Of a stretch of 64,000 bases of DNA, positions 20,286 to 31,337 are shown in pieces (the first letter of the stretch is position 1; each line of letters begins with the position of its first letter). Source of the DNA: an uncultured Planctomycetaceae bacterium (GTDB lineage: Bacteria > Planctomycetota > Planctomycetia > Planctomycetales > Planctomycetaceae); NCBI GenBank assembly GCA_963815195.1, contig CAWFGE010000012.1:1-64000 (forward strand), in the 5' to 3' direction. The notes under the pieces are model-generated. The model searched no databases, had not been told where the DNA came from, and saw nothing but the letters and a program-made list of their open reading frames with translations. Position numbers and translations under genes: made by a program.

Positions 20286-21206
20286 ATGACAGACACGAGC
20301 CGCCGCGAGTTTTTGCAGGATTCCGCCCGTTTGGCCGCCGGTTCGGTGCTGGCGGGGTCGCTGTTGTCCCCGTCGCTGTTCGCGGCCGACGAGAAGAAGC
20401 CGCTTTTTAAAATCTCGCTGACCGAATACTCGCTGCACCGCATGATCGACAAGAAAGAACTCGACAACATGGACTATGCCGAGTTCACCAAGCGCGTGTT
20501 CAATATCGACGCCGTGGAATACTGGAACCGGCCGTTCTTCACGAAGGCGAACGATGCGAAGTACATCGGCCAGATGAAAAAGAACGCCGACGACGCCGGG
20601 GTGAAGGCGACCGCGATTTTGATCGACGGGGAAGGCGATCTGGGGGCTCCCGAAGAAAAGCTCCGCCAAAGCGCGGTGGACCGGCACAAGAAATGGGTGG
20701 AAGCCGCGAAGACCTTGGGCTGCCATTCCATCCGCGTGAATGCCCGCTCCAAGGGGACGTACGAAGAGCAGCAGACGCTCGCGGCGGACGGCTTAAAACG
20801 GCTCTGCGAATTCGCCAAGCCGCTGAAGATCAACATCATCGTCGAAAACCACGGCGGATTGTCCTCCAACGGGAAATGGCTGTCAGGGGTGATGAAGACC
20901 GTGGACATGGAGAACTGCGGCACGCTGCCGGACTTCGGGAACTTTCACGAATACGACCGCTATCAAGGCACGAAAGAACTCATGCCCTATGCCAAGCTCG
21001 TGAGCGCAAAAACACACGACTTCGACGAAAAAGGCAACGAAACCCACACCGATTACCTGAAAATCATGAAAATCGTGGTCGATGCGGGGTATCATGATTA
21101 TGTGGGCATCGAATACGAAGGCCGGGAAATTCCCGAAATCGAAGGCGTCCGCAAAACCAAGGCTCTCCTCGAACGCGTTCGCGACGAGTTGAGCCAGCAG
21201 AAGTGA
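20286..21206 (+). CDS. Tat-exported sugar phosphate isomerase/epimerase (xylose-isomerase-like TIM barrel)
   Basis: SRREFL Tat motif; VENHGG, LPDFGNF, VGIEYEG. Confidence 0.85.
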   Translation: MTDTSRREFLQDSARLAAGSVLAGSLLSPSLFAADEKKPLFKISLTEYSLHRMIDKKELDNMDYAEFTKRVFNIDAVEYWNRPFFTKANDAKYIGQMKKNADDAGVKATAILIDGEGDLGAPEEKLRQSAVDRHKKWVEAAKTLGCHSIRVNARSKGTYEEQQTLAADGLKRLCEFAKPLKINIIVENHGGLSSNGKWLSGVMKTVDMENCGTLPDFGNFHEYDRYQGTKELMPYAKLVSAKTHDFDEKGNETHTDYLKIMKIVVDAGYHDYVGIEYEGREIPEIEGVRKTKALLERVRDELSQQK

Positions 21207-21210
21207 TTTT

Positions 21211-21293
21211 GTGAGCGGCTGGGCGCTAGCCGCCGGTCTTGTCAAATCGAATTTCCCATCCAAACCGCCGGGGGCTAGCGCCCTTCCGCTCAC
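21211..21293. repeat. REP-like inverted repeat (GGCGCTAGCC family)
   Basis: GTGAGCGG..GGCGCTAGCC / GGCTAGCGCC..CCGCTCAC. Confidence 0.75.
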
Positions 21294-21357
21294 ATGTTGC
21301 GGGGTCGCGGAACTTCAAATCTGACGCTTCGGGTGTTATTTTGGAGGTTTTCTCTCC

Positions 21358-21555
21358 ATGTCCGAATTGACGATCCATCTCGAAGCCGGGGAACTTGATC
21401 GGCTGCGGAAACTCGCGGAGCAATGCGGCCGGTCGCCGGAAGAATTGGCCCGGGAGAATCTCCGCAAATGGCTCGCCGACGAGCGGGCCGAGTTTCTCTC
21501 GGCGGCGAACGTCATCCTGAAAAAAAACGCGGAACTCTACCGCCGATTGTCGTGA
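21358..21555 (+). CDS. Ribbon-helix-helix/CopG-like small DNA-binding protein (antitoxin-like)
   Basis: LTIHL...RLRKLAEQCGRSPEELAR; C-terminal KNAELYRRL; GGAGG SD. Confidence 0.7.
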   Translation: MSELTIHLEAGELDRLRKLAEQCGRSPEELARENLRKWLADERAEFLSAANVILKKNAELYRRLS

Positions 21556-23108
21556 TGCGCAGTTTGCAGATCTCCCCGAATCGAACACTGGTTCTCCTGC
21601 TGTTGTCCGTAATCCCACTCTGCGGTTGCGGCGGGGATAAGCAGGCCGCGCCGGGGGGTGAGACCAAACCGCCGACGGTTTCCAAGGCTTCCTCCCACCC
21701 GAAGACATCCGAGCTTCCCGACTTCGCGCCGCTGGAAGAGTTGCCGCAAGAATCGGACACCAAACCGCCGGTGTTGGTCGGGGGCTTCGGGCCGGATGAT
21801 TCGTCCCCGACGCCGCCGGTCGCTGCGAAGGCGAAGATCTATCGGCCTTCGGACACCCGTCCCAAGCACAATGCGGCGGCGCTTGCGGAACTCGGAATCC
21901 TGCGGTATGCGTCGAAGCATTTGGTGCTCTATACCGACATCAAGCCCGCACGCGCCAAGCCGCTGCCGGGGCTGGCCGATCAATTGTATAAGGCCCTGGA
22001 GGATTACTTCGGCCCGCTGCCGCCGGACCGCGAGGGCCGCGTGTTTCAGATGACCGGCTACATCATGGCGGATCGGCGGGTGTTTCGCGAGACGGGACTG
22101 TTGCCGGAGGACTTGCCGGGCTTTTATCACGGCCGGCACCGCGGGGCCGAGTTCTGGATGAACGACCAGGAATGGGATTATTACCTCCGGCATTTGATGC
22201 TGCACGAGGCGACGCATTGCTTTATGACGATCAACCGGCAAAATCCACTGCTGCCGCCGGTGTGGTACATGGAAGGCATGGCCGAGCTTTTCGGCACGCA
22301 CCGGATTGCGAAAGACGGCACCGCGGCGTTTCGAGTGATGCCCCGCGACAAGGAAGCTTTCCTGGGGTGGGGGCGAATTGAACTGATCCAGGCCGCGGCG
22401 AAGGAAGGCCGGTTTCGCACGCTGGATCAGGTGTTCGCCTTCACGGGCGACGACTACAGTGATAACGGCGCCTACGCCTGGAGTTGGGCGGTCTGCAAAT
22501 TCCTCGAGGCCCACCCGCGTTATCAAAAGCCCTTCCGCGAACTCGGCGCTGCGCCGACGTATCAGACGTTTTTGAGGCAGTTTCAAGAAGACTTCAAGGC
22601 CGAGGCCGACGACATGCGGACCGAGTGGGCCTTGTTTGCCCACGACCTCGACTTCGGCTATCAAATCGCCCAGGCCGCCATGACCTTTCGACCCGGCCAA
22701 CCGCTCGGCCCGGCTTCGACATTCGCCGAGGTGAAACTCCAAGCCGACCGCGGCTGGCAGTCGTCGGGCGTCCTGGTGGAGCAGGGCAAAAAATATACGC
22801 TCACCACGATCGGCCAATTCACGCTGGCCCAAAAGCCGAAGCCTTGGATCAGCGAAGCCGACGGCATCAGTTTTCGCTACTTCGGCGGCCGGCCGCTCGG
22901 CGAACTGCTCGGCTCGATTCGCTCGACCTCCAAGACCTCGATTCCCACGGCCCAAGTCATGCGGCAGGTGTTCCCCTGCGGCGCGAACCACACCTTCGTC
23001 GCCACGCAAACCGGCACGCTGTATCTCCGCCTCAACGACGCCTGGAACCAACTTTCCGACAACACGGGCACGGTGAACGTCCAAGTCCGGCTCGCACCTG
23101 CAAAATAA
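21555..23108 (+). CDS. Putative lipoprotein with zincin HExxH motif
   Basis: Lipobox-like PLCGC; HEATH and WYMEGMAE. Confidence 0.65.
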   Translation: MRSLQISPNRTLVLLLLSVIPLCGCGGDKQAAPGGETKPPTVSKASSHPKTSELPDFAPLEELPQESDTKPPVLVGGFGPDDSSPTPPVAAKAKIYRPSDTRPKHNAAALAELGILRYASKHLVLYTDIKPARAKPLPGLADQLYKALEDYFGPLPPDREGRVFQMTGYIMADRRVFRETGLLPEDLPGFYHGRHRGAEFWMNDQEWDYYLRHLMLHEATHCFMTINRQNPLLPPVWYMEGMAELFGTHRIAKDGTAAFRVMPRDKEAFLGWGRIELIQAAAKEGRFRTLDQVFAFTGDDYSDNGAYAWSWAVCKFLEAHPRYQKPFRELGAAPTYQTFLRQFQEDFKAEADDMRTEWALFAHDLDFGYQIAQAAMTFRPGQPLGPASTFAEVKLQADRGWQSSGVLVEQGKKYTLTTIGQFTLAQKPKPWISEADGISFRYFGGRPLGELLGSIRSTSKTSIPTAQVMRQVFPCGANHTFVATQTGTLYLRLNDAWNQLSDNTGTVNVQVRLAPAK

Positions 23109-23140
23109 AGCCGCGTCGCCCGTTTTCGATCACCCTTGGG

Positions 23141-24088
23141 TTATGCGCCGTAGTCTTTGCCCGGCCAATTCTTCCACCAGGCTTGGAATAGCTTTAGCTG
23201 TGCCTCGGCGAAATGTTTTTGGGACGGCGTGAGCTCGTCGGTTTCGTTGAAGTGCAGGCGATAGTCTTCATCGCCTGACAGCACTAAGAGGTGCTTGTAA
23301 TACAGCACCAAATCGGGGCCTTCGTCGAAACGGGACAGCACCGCGAGGGCCTCGTCCAACTCCGCGGCGAGCCGGCGGGCTTCAATATCGCCGTTGGCGG
23401 CGAGGCGGCAGAGCTTTGTAAAATGCACCACCTCGCGGGGCAGGCAGTTGCCGATGCCGGTGATCGCGCCCACGGCACCAGAGCGGACAAAGCCGTGGTA
23501 CACCTGCGTGTCGACGCCGACCATCAAGAGCACATTGTCATCGGCATGGGTGATGTGCTCGGCGGCGTAGCTCAGCGAATCCCGGCCGCCGAATTCTTTG
23601 AAGCCAACGAGATTCGAAAACTCCCGTCGGAGGTCGAAGAACAGATCGGCTTTGGTTTCGAAACCGTAATAGGGGCTGTTGTAAATCACCGCCGGGAGCT
23701 GGGGAGCCGCGCTCAACACGGCCGCGAAGTGGGCCCGCTGGGCGGCGGGGGAAACGCCTCGCGAAAGCACGCGGGGAATCACCATCAGGCCCCGCGCACC
23801 GACCTCTTGGGCATGGGCCGCGTGCGCCGCCGCGAGCTTGGGGTTCTGGGCTCCGGTCCCCACGATCACCGGCACGCCGGCCTCCGTCAACCGGCGAACG
23901 CCTTCTTGCCGCTCGGCATCGGTCAACAGCGGCCAATCGCCCATCGAACCGCAATAGACGACGCCGGTCATCCCGGCTTCCATCATCTCCTGGCCCTTTT
24001 TCACGAGGGCGACGTAATTGGGCGACCGGTCGGCAAGAGCGGGCGTCATCAATGCGGGCACGCAGCCGCGAAAGATCGAGGTGTTCAT
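23141..24088 (-). CDS. DapA-family protein, probable 1-pyrroline-4-hydroxy-2-carboxylate deaminase
   Basis: VYCGSMGDW, YNSPYYG, GFKEFGG, GPDLVLYYK. Confidence 0.75.
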   Translation of the reverse strand: MNTSIFRGCVPALMTPALADRSPNYVALVKKGQEMMEAGMTGVVYCGSMGDWPLLTDAERQEGVRRLTEAGVPVIVGTGAQNPKLAAAHAAHAQEVGARGLMVIPRVLSRGVSPAAQRAHFAAVLSAAPQLPAVIYNSPYYGFETKADLFFDLRREFSNLVGFKEFGGRDSLSYAAEHITHADDNVLLMVGVDTQVYHGFVRSGAVGAITGIGNCLPREVVHFTKLCRLAANGDIEARRLAAELDEALAVLSRFDEGPDLVLYYKHLLVLSGDEDYRLHFNETDELTPSQKHFAEAQLKLFQAWWKNWPGKDYGA

Positions 24089-24129
24089 AACGGGGTCCTT
24101 GGAAGGTTTTCATGCGGAATGAAGGCGGA

Positions 24130-25233
24130 TCAAGACACATCGACCACGCGGGGGCCGAGGACGTCGAGCCTGGGAGTGATGCCCAGCCCCGGACCGGTGC
24201 CGGCTTTCATAAAACCCTGCTCGCGCTGCGGAGCGCCTTCCGCCGTGCTCACGGTGACGTAGCTGTTGAAATCCGTGCTCGTGAAGCGAAATTCCTCGGG
24301 CGTGCTGTGGGCGAGGTGGGCGATCGCGGCGGTGGTGATGTCTCCGCCCCAACTGTCTTCGAGCGTCATCGCGATCCCCATCGACACGCACAGATCCCGG
24401 CAGAGCTTGGTTTTCGTCAGCCCGCCGAGCTTGCTGATTTTCAGATTGACGACATCCATCGCCAGGTCCGCCTTGGCCGTCAGCAATGCGTCCAGGCTGT
24501 CGATGTTCTCATCCAGAATAAACGGATGACCCGTGTTCCGGCGGACGGCGAGACATTCCCGGTAAGTCAGGCAAGGCTGCTCGATATACACGTCCAAATC
24601 CCGCACCGCGCGGACCACGCGGATCGCTTCGTGCTGGGTCCAGCCGGTGTTGGCGTCGGCGACGAGGCGGTCGGAGGCCTGCAAAATCTTGCGGGCCGCG
24701 CAAATTCTTGCAATGTCCTCGTCCGGGTCGCCGCCGACTTTGAGTTGAAACCGCGTGTAACCGGCTTCGCGGTAGCCGGCGATGTTCTTCGCCATCTCGT
24801 CCGGGGGTTGCTGGGAGATGGCGCGGTACAGCCGCACGCTCTCGCCGAACCGCCCGCCCATCAAGGTGCACACCGGCAGACCCGCGGCATGGCCCAAAAT
24901 GTCCCAGCAGGCGATATCGATGCCCGACTTGACGTAGGGATGCCCCTTGAGAGCCGCGTCCATTCGCTGATTGAGCACGAACAGTTCCCGCGAATCGAGC
25001 CCCAACAGATGCGGAGCCAATTCCTTTAAGCCGGCCCGCACGCCCTCGGCATAGGCGGGCAGATAGAACGGCCCCAACGGGCAGACCTCGCCGTATCCGA
25101 TGAGGCCGGCGTCGGTTTCGACGCCGACGATCGTGCTGTCGAACACCGACACCGATTTCCCGCCGGACCATTTGTAAGATCCTTCGATCAAAGGCAATTC
25201 GACGCGGTGGGCGAAGATCCGGCGGATTTTCAT
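24130..25233 (-). CDS. Enolase-superfamily enzyme, probable cis-3-hydroxy-L-proline dehydratase / hydroxyproline-betaine epimerase
   Basis: [39 protein letters not shown] before ATG 25233. Confidence 0.8.
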   Translation of the reverse strand: MKIRRIFAHRVELPLIEGSYKWSGGKSVSVFDSTIVGVETDAGLIGYGEVCPLGPFYLPAYAEGVRAGLKELAPHLLGLDSRELFVLNQRMDAALKGHPYVKSGIDIACWDILGHAAGLPVCTLMGGRFGESVRLYRAISQQPPDEMAKNIAGYREAGYTRFQLKVGGDPDEDIARICAARKILQASDRLVADANTGWTQHEAIRVVRAVRDLDVYIEQPCLTYRECLAVRRNTGHPFILDENIDSLDALLTAKADLAMDVVNLKISKLGGLTKTKLCRDLCVSMGIAMTLEDSWGGDITTAAIAHLAHSTPEEFRFTSTDFNSYVTVSTAEGAPQREQGFMKAGTGPGLGITPRLDVLGPRVVDVS

Positions 25234-25435
25234 ATGCTGTTCTTCCTGGAAACACGGGGGGGCGGCGATTCGGGCTGCTATTGTAACCCCGCCGCCGGGA
25301 AGTTGTAGGCCGCTGGGTGATTCTTCATCCGCGCGTACGATTTGAGTTCCGAATGAACACCCGTTGGTGCTTGAGAAAGCAGTCCGCTGGATCATCCCGC
25401 AATTTAAAGCGACTCGGCGAAGGCTCGGGGATCCT

Positions 25436-25498
25436 GAGCGGCCCGGCGCTAGCCGCCGGCTCTTCGCGCAAAAACCGGCGGCTAGCGCCGGGCCGCTC
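25436..25498. repeat. REP-like inverted repeat (GGCGCTAGCC family)
   Basis: Perfect arms GAGCGGCCCGGCGCTAGCCGCCGG / CCGGCGGCTAGCGCCGGGCCGCTC. Confidence 0.85.
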
Positions 25499-25740
25499 GC
25501 GTTCTTGAGCTTGGCGACAATTCCCCAGAGAGGTCGTATTGCCGGCGCGGGATCTGGTATAAAAATTGCAACCGTAGTGGGAAAAACGCCTTCTGACCCC
25601 AGCGGAAGAAAAACCAGAACATAAATCAGCCGGAAGGCGTTAGCGCCCTGTGGCTGATCAAAGGGGCAATGATCTCGCGTGATCCTGAATGGGACATCAA
25701 ACGAACCTCGAAAGAAAGCGTCGAAATGCAAGGTGACAAA

Positions 25741-26259
25741 ATGGCGACAAATTGCGTGGTGGCCGTGTTCGATACGATGAAGCATGCCCAGTTGGCCGTG
25801 CATATTTTGGAACGCGCGGGTTTTGCTCCCGATCATGTGTCCCTGGTCACGCGGCACATTCCCGAGGGCAGCAAACTGGAAGAGGAATTGAGCATCGGGG
25901 ACGATGCGGAGCGAGATGCCGTGATCGGGGCCGCCCTGGGCGGGCTTGCGGGCGTGCTCGGCGATGCCACCCTGTTTTTTATCACCGGCTTGGGAGCGGT
26001 GGTCGCGGCGGGCCCGCTGGTGATGGCGGCGGGAGCGGTGATCGGAGGAATCATCGGGGCGATGGAAGGCTGGGGCGTCCATCATTCCCACCTGCGCGGA
26101 TACGAAGATTATGTCCGCAAAGGCAAGGTGTTGGTGGTCGTGGACGGGCTGCCGGATGAATTGATGGAAGCCGAGGACATGCTCGCCGAGACGGATGCCA
26201 GCGAAGTCCATCTCCACGCCGAGACCGGCGAAGATTCGCCGGAGGTCGAGAACACGTAA
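25741..26259 (+). CDS. General stress protein-like membrane protein (glycine zipper)
   Basis: VVAVFD...[29 protein letters not shown]. Confidence 0.75.
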   Translation: MATNCVVAVFDTMKHAQLAVHILERAGFAPDHVSLVTRHIPEGSKLEEELSIGDDAERDAVIGAALGGLAGVLGDATLFFITGLGAVVAAGPLVMAAGAVIGGIIGAMEGWGVHHSHLRGYEDYVRKGKVLVVVDGLPDELMEAEDMLAETDASEVHLHAETGEDSPEVENT

Positions 26260-26364
26260 ATTGCGGAGGAGCAAAGGCCACAAAGTGCTCGTGGGCGGTG
26301 AGCGGAGTGCCCACGGAAAATGGTTCGGTTCTCGAAATCGTAGTTCAAGAGAGGAGACGCCCTA

Positions 26365-26689
26365 ATGACCACCGAGACGACCGAGAACTGCGCGGGCGCG
26401 GCTGAGAAACGCGGTCCAGATCCTGGCCGAGGAAAAAGGCGGCATTAAAGAACGGCTGGAAGTGGCCTACATCAGCCAACTGTCCATGATCGATCACCTG
26501 CGGGAGCTTCCCGCAGATTTGGCATCGACATTTGGCTCGATCAGCTTCACGATTTCCACGGACGAATGCCGCGGGGACACGGGCACGGTGGCCAAGGAAC
26601 TGAGGCTCTTAAGCGACGACGACGCCGTCAACATCGCCCACCAAATCTTCGAGATGTTCCTCGAAACCCACGGTCTGCGAGGTCGGTGA
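26365..26689 (+). CDS. Hypothetical protein, probably frameshifted near its 5' end
   Basis: GAGGAG SD and ATG at 26365; frame of ORF 26462..26689 is open upstream (LRNAVQILAEEKGGIKERL). Confidence 0.45.
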
Positions 26690-26712
26690 TGTCTCAAGCC
26701 ACGCGAAGCGGG

Positions 26713-27681
<969 letters not shown>

Positions 27682-27702
27682 CTTGTTGCCCTTTTCGCGA
27701 GT

Positions 27703-27762
27703 ATTCTAACACCTCGGCCGACCTTTCGACTAAAATTCTAACTATTGTTAGAATGTTAGAAT
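27703..27762. promoter_or_regulatory. Four copies of ATTCTAAC/GTTAGAAT; candidate operator and/or divergent -10 boxes
   Basis: Copies at 27703, 27735, 27747, 27755; 27735-27754 is an 8-4-8 palindrome. Confidence 0.5.
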
Positions 27763-28027
27763 ATAGTGCCGAACCGATGGGTGAAATTCAACACACAGGG
27801 CCGAACTTTTTCGAAATGCGAGGCAATGGGGTGCTGTCCGACTTTGGCAGTGCGAAACGTCCTCAAGTGTCGCAATCGAGACCGGGCCGCCTGGAAAGAA
27901 TCCCGTTTCGGTCTGTCTCGCTGGGATGGGGGACGTTATGATTAGACCGTCAAACCCAAATGATTTGGGCATTCCCCTCCCTTCTGGGGGGAAGTTTTCG
28001 GGAATCTATCGAGCGCGGGTGGGAATC

Positions 28028-28348
28028 GTGTCTGAGGATCGCCTTCAATCCAAGGTGTGTGCGGAGAAACTCAAAGCTTTGGGCGAACCGATGCGGCTCC
28101 GCATTGTGGATCTCCTCCGGGACGGGGAAAAGACCGTCAGCGAAATTGCGGAAAGCCTGGGGGAAGAGGTCGTCAACATCTCCCACCATCTGGGCATTCT
28201 GTATCACGCAGGCCTTGTCGAGAAAAACAAGCGGGGCCGGTTTATGGTGTACCGCCTGCATCCCGACGTGTCGGCTGTCAGCCAGGGCGGAACGCAGCAC
28301 CTCGACTTCGGCTGCTGCCGGCTCGAAGTTCCTCACCCCGGCGAATAG
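28028..28348 (+). CDS. ArsR/SmtB family transcriptional regulator
   Basis: [13 protein letters not shown]...VSEIA...[12 protein letters not shown]...GR..YRL; C-terminal GCC. Confidence 0.88.
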   Translation: MSEDRLQSKVCAEKLKALGEPMRLRIVDLLRDGEKTVSEIAESLGEEVVNISHHLGILYHAGLVEKNKRGRFMVYRLHPDVSAVSQGGTQHLDFGCCRLEVPHPGE

Positions 28349-28366
28349 CGGATCCGACCGGTCAGG

Positions 28367-29827
28367 CTACGGAGGCAACGGGACTTCAAACAGCAAGGCG
28401 AAGACGGCGTAAAGTCCGAAGCCCAAGGTTTGAGCGATCAGGCCCAGCACCGGCAGGTGGCGCACATTCCCCTGGGCGAGCGTCACGCCCACCAAGAGGA
28501 CGTAGAGAATCGTCAGCCAGCGGAAATCCCCCCACGCGAACGTCAAGCCCATCACATAGCCCAGCGTCCAGAAGACGCAGAGCGCCGCGAGCCGTTCTTG
28601 AACGAGCGGCCGCAGATGCCACACCAAGACAGCGGCACTCGCAAGCCCCACAAACAGGCTCCAGCCGTCGATTCCCTCCCAAGCCTGTCCCACCAAGAGA
28701 CACGTCCCCAGCACCGCCGCGGTGCCGATCTGCCATCGAAGCCGGCGGGTCTGGACCGCCCAGGCCCCCAGGAGCAAGGCGACGGCGAACATCATCAGGC
28801 GTTCCATGTTGGGGACGCCCTGGGGCTTGGAGAATTCGACGCGGGCGATCTGCTGTTCGGTCGCGGCGATTTGCTGTTCGAGGCCGCGGCCCGTGAGAAA
28901 AATCCGCTCGCAGTGGGCTTGGGCCATCTGGTCTTTCACGTAACCGGTTTCCAGGGCTTGATGGAGGGCGCTTGCCAAGACCCCGATGCGGTCCCGCGGC
29001 GTTCCTTTGGGCACCCACCAGTAAAACCGGTTGATGTTGATGATGTCGTAGCCCTGCTCGCGGGCGGTGGGCAAGTCCGGGGCGGCCGGGTTTCGCTCGG
29101 CACCGAGATGCGCCAGCCCGCGAAGCTTGGGATCGCCGCCGTCGCCGCTCGAACGAAACCGCATAAACTCCTCGATCGAAAAGCCGCTGACATCCACGTG
29201 CCCGCCGATCAGATCGACGAAGCGTTCGTTTCCCCCGCCGCTTTGGGGAAATCGAAACGTCGCCCCGGGCGCGGCCTGCTCGAGTTGCAGGCCCGCGACG
29301 TGCGTCAAGGCCCCGCGATTCACGGCGAAGGACAGCTCTCCCGGACGCCGGCGGGCCGCGGCGACCAATTCCTCCAACGTGCGGTAAGGAGAATCGGCGG
29401 CGACGGCGATCACCATTCCCAACTGCCCCGTACAAGCCACCGCATCGAAGGCTTCGGGGCCGTAACGGACCATGCCCGAGTATTTCGCGGTGATAATCGC
29501 CTCGTGCAACAATAGCACGGTATAGCCGTCGGGGGCGGCATCGCGGACATACCGGCTGCCGATGGTCGCCCCCGCGCCCCCGCGGTTGTGGATCACGACC
29601 GGGACGGGCAGGAGCTGGTCATCCTCAATGGCTTTTTTGAAAATCCGGGCGTAAGTGTCCGAGCCGCCGCCGGCCCCGAACGGGACGATGAGATTGGTCG
29701 GCCGGGCCGGGTATTCGCCGCGCTCCGGCTTCCAGCGCATCGTCAGCCAAACTCCGCCCGCGAGCCAAAGGGCGTTCAATCCCCACAAAACCGCCAAGGT
29801 CTTTCGGCTGGAGAGAGAAGGATCCAT
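28367..29827 (-). CDS. Tripartite tricarboxylate transporter binding protein (TctC/Bug) with fused C-terminal membrane domain
   Basis: YPARP..LIVPFGAGGGSDT, GAGATIG, PDGYT, PDLPTARE, PKGTP; hydrophobic tail ending FEVPLP. Confidence 0.8.
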   Translation of the reverse strand: MDPSLSSRKTLAVLWGLNALWLAGGVWLTMRWKPERGEYPARPTNLIVPFGAGGGSDTYARIFKKAIEDDQLLPVPVVIHNRGGAGATIGSRYVRDAAPDGYTVLLLHEAIITAKYSGMVRYGPEAFDAVACTGQLGMVIAVAADSPYRTLEELVAAARRRPGELSFAVNRGALTHVAGLQLEQAAPGATFRFPQSGGGNERFVDLIGGHVDVSGFSIEEFMRFRSSGDGGDPKLRGLAHLGAERNPAAPDLPTAREQGYDIININRFYWWVPKGTPRDRIGVLASALHQALETGYVKDQMAQAHCERIFLTGRGLEQQIAATEQQIARVEFSKPQGVPNMERLMMFAVALLLGAWAVQTRRLRWQIGTAAVLGTCLLVGQAWEGIDGWSLFVGLASAAVLVWHLRPLVQERLAALCVFWTLGYVMGLTFAWGDFRWLTILYVLLVGVTLAQGNVRHLPVLGLIAQTLGFGLYAVFALLFEVPLPP

Positions 29828-29846
29828 ACAACAAACGCAATCGCTC

Positions 29847-29929
29847 GGGTGGCACGCCCCTGAGCGCAGCGAAGGGCGTGGTTCAACTCGCCGACCACGC
29901 CCTTCGCTGCGCTTAGGGGCGTGCCACCC
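29847..29929. repeat. Long palindrome, 36-bp arms
   Basis: GGGTGGCACGCCCCTGAGCGCAGCGAAGGGCGTGGT and its reverse complement with one mismatch. Confidence 0.85.
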
Positions 29930-29953
29930 CGGTTATGAAAACATCGGAACGCA

Positions 29954-30529
29954 TCACCGCAGAAAGGCGCGGATGGGGCGGTACTCGGCGTGAACCTCCG
30001 CGAACGGCCGCAGGCTGACTTCAAACGGCGGATCGCCCAGGGCGGCCAAATCGGTTTTGAGCTGCTCGATGTTGGTTCCCGGAGGCGTGGCAATTTCCAT
30101 GCTGAACAAAAACCGCCGGCCGTCCCCGATCCGACCGGCTTCCAGGTTGACGATGTCGATCTGATCGTGAGCCAGCCGGCCCGAAACCAGGCGGATGATC
30201 CCCGGTTGATTCTCCCCGGCAATGGTCACAAAAAACTCCTCCGTGCCGACTTCCGGATCGTCGGGCAGGCGTTCCTGGGTCGGTTCCTTCAAGGAAACCT
30301 CGACGGCATACGGCCCGCACACGGCCCGGATGTGATCCAGCACCACGTCGGCCGTGCGGTTCTCGGGAAAGTCGGCGGCGATAATCATGGTGAAGAACTT
30401 CTCCACCACCGTCTGGCTGATGTGCCACAAATCCCCGCCCAGTTCCGCAAGGGCATTGGAGACCGCGGCCAGAATCCCCACGCGGTTCGCCGCGGTGAGG
30501 GTAATCACAAATCGTTTCGGCATGGGCAA
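29954..30529 (-). CDS. Double ACT-domain protein (GcvR-like)
   Basis: ITLTAANRVGILAAVS..LA and VTIAGENQPGII..VS. Confidence 0.8.
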   Translation of the reverse strand: MPMPKRFVITLTAANRVGILAAVSNALAELGGDLWHISQTVVEKFFTMIIAADFPENRTADVVLDHIRAVCGPYAVEVSLKEPTQERLPDDPEVGTEEFFVTIAGENQPGIIRLVSGRLAHDQIDIVNLEAGRIGDGRRFLFSMEIATPPGTNIEQLKTDLAALGDPPFEVSLRPFAEVHAEYRPIRAFLR

Positions 30530-30989
30530 TTTCGTCCGTGACAGAAAACAAGCAAGAGGTCGATCCGAAAATGGACGCGCGCTAAACCGTCGCCGATCCC
30601 ATTCTAACGCCTCCGTTGCCCGTCTGTCCCGTCACCGGCCAAATTTCCCGCGCAGACTCCCCCGGGGTTCTGGCGGCACGAAGTTCGCCGTTCCCTCACG
30701 TTCCGGCGTTGGGTGGCATGCCCAGCCGCCCCCGCACAAAGTCTGCAAGTGAGTCGTAAGTCGTGTCGTGCCCATTGAACAGCTAACCGCCGATCGAGTA
30801 CATCGGCCTATCCGGTTGGATGAACCTTGCCGCGTTGATTTCGTGGCCTTCTCTGTTACTGGCGATGGAATCTTGGTTGGCTTGGGCGATTTCTTCGCCA
30901 GTGCCACAAGTGCCACCCAGCCGAAAACGTGCCGCCGCCAACCGTCCGCCAGCCGATCGCAAAGCCCCACACGGCCGCTACCCTGTCCG

Positions 30990-31043
30990 ACCTCCCCAAA
31001 GGGCCCAAAGGGGAGGGGAAATCCTTCATTCATTGATCATCAC
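30990..31043 (+). repeat. Copy 1 of the CCTCCCC-AAAGGGCCCAAA-GGGGAGG hairpin motif
   Basis: 27 bp identical to 53798-53824, plus shared GAAATCC and TTGATCATCAC. Confidence 0.8.
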
Positions 31044-31337
31044 ACAAAAAGATCATCCGCGTCCACCGCCGCGATTCGCCGGAATGGGCGGCATTTGTTC
31101 TCCGGTTGACTTGCCGATGGCGGGAGTCTGCTTAACAATAAAAGCGAGTGCACAATCAATGCGAAGAATTCGGAACGGCGGAAACGCGCTCGCGTCGGCG
31201 AGAAACCGGGGCTACCACCCTGCGGCGGATTTTCAACCCGAAGAGAACCGGGTTGACCAATGCGATGCATGCCACCCGGATTCCGGACCGCAACATGCAA
31301 CCTTCACAAACACATCCCTCACCATAGGAGAAAACAA

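Noticed and set aside
25234..26283. N-terminal 349 aa of the 717-aa ORF 24130..26283
   Set aside because: Antisense to a real gene and runs through REPs; enolase similarity starts at ATG 25233, which has its own SD.
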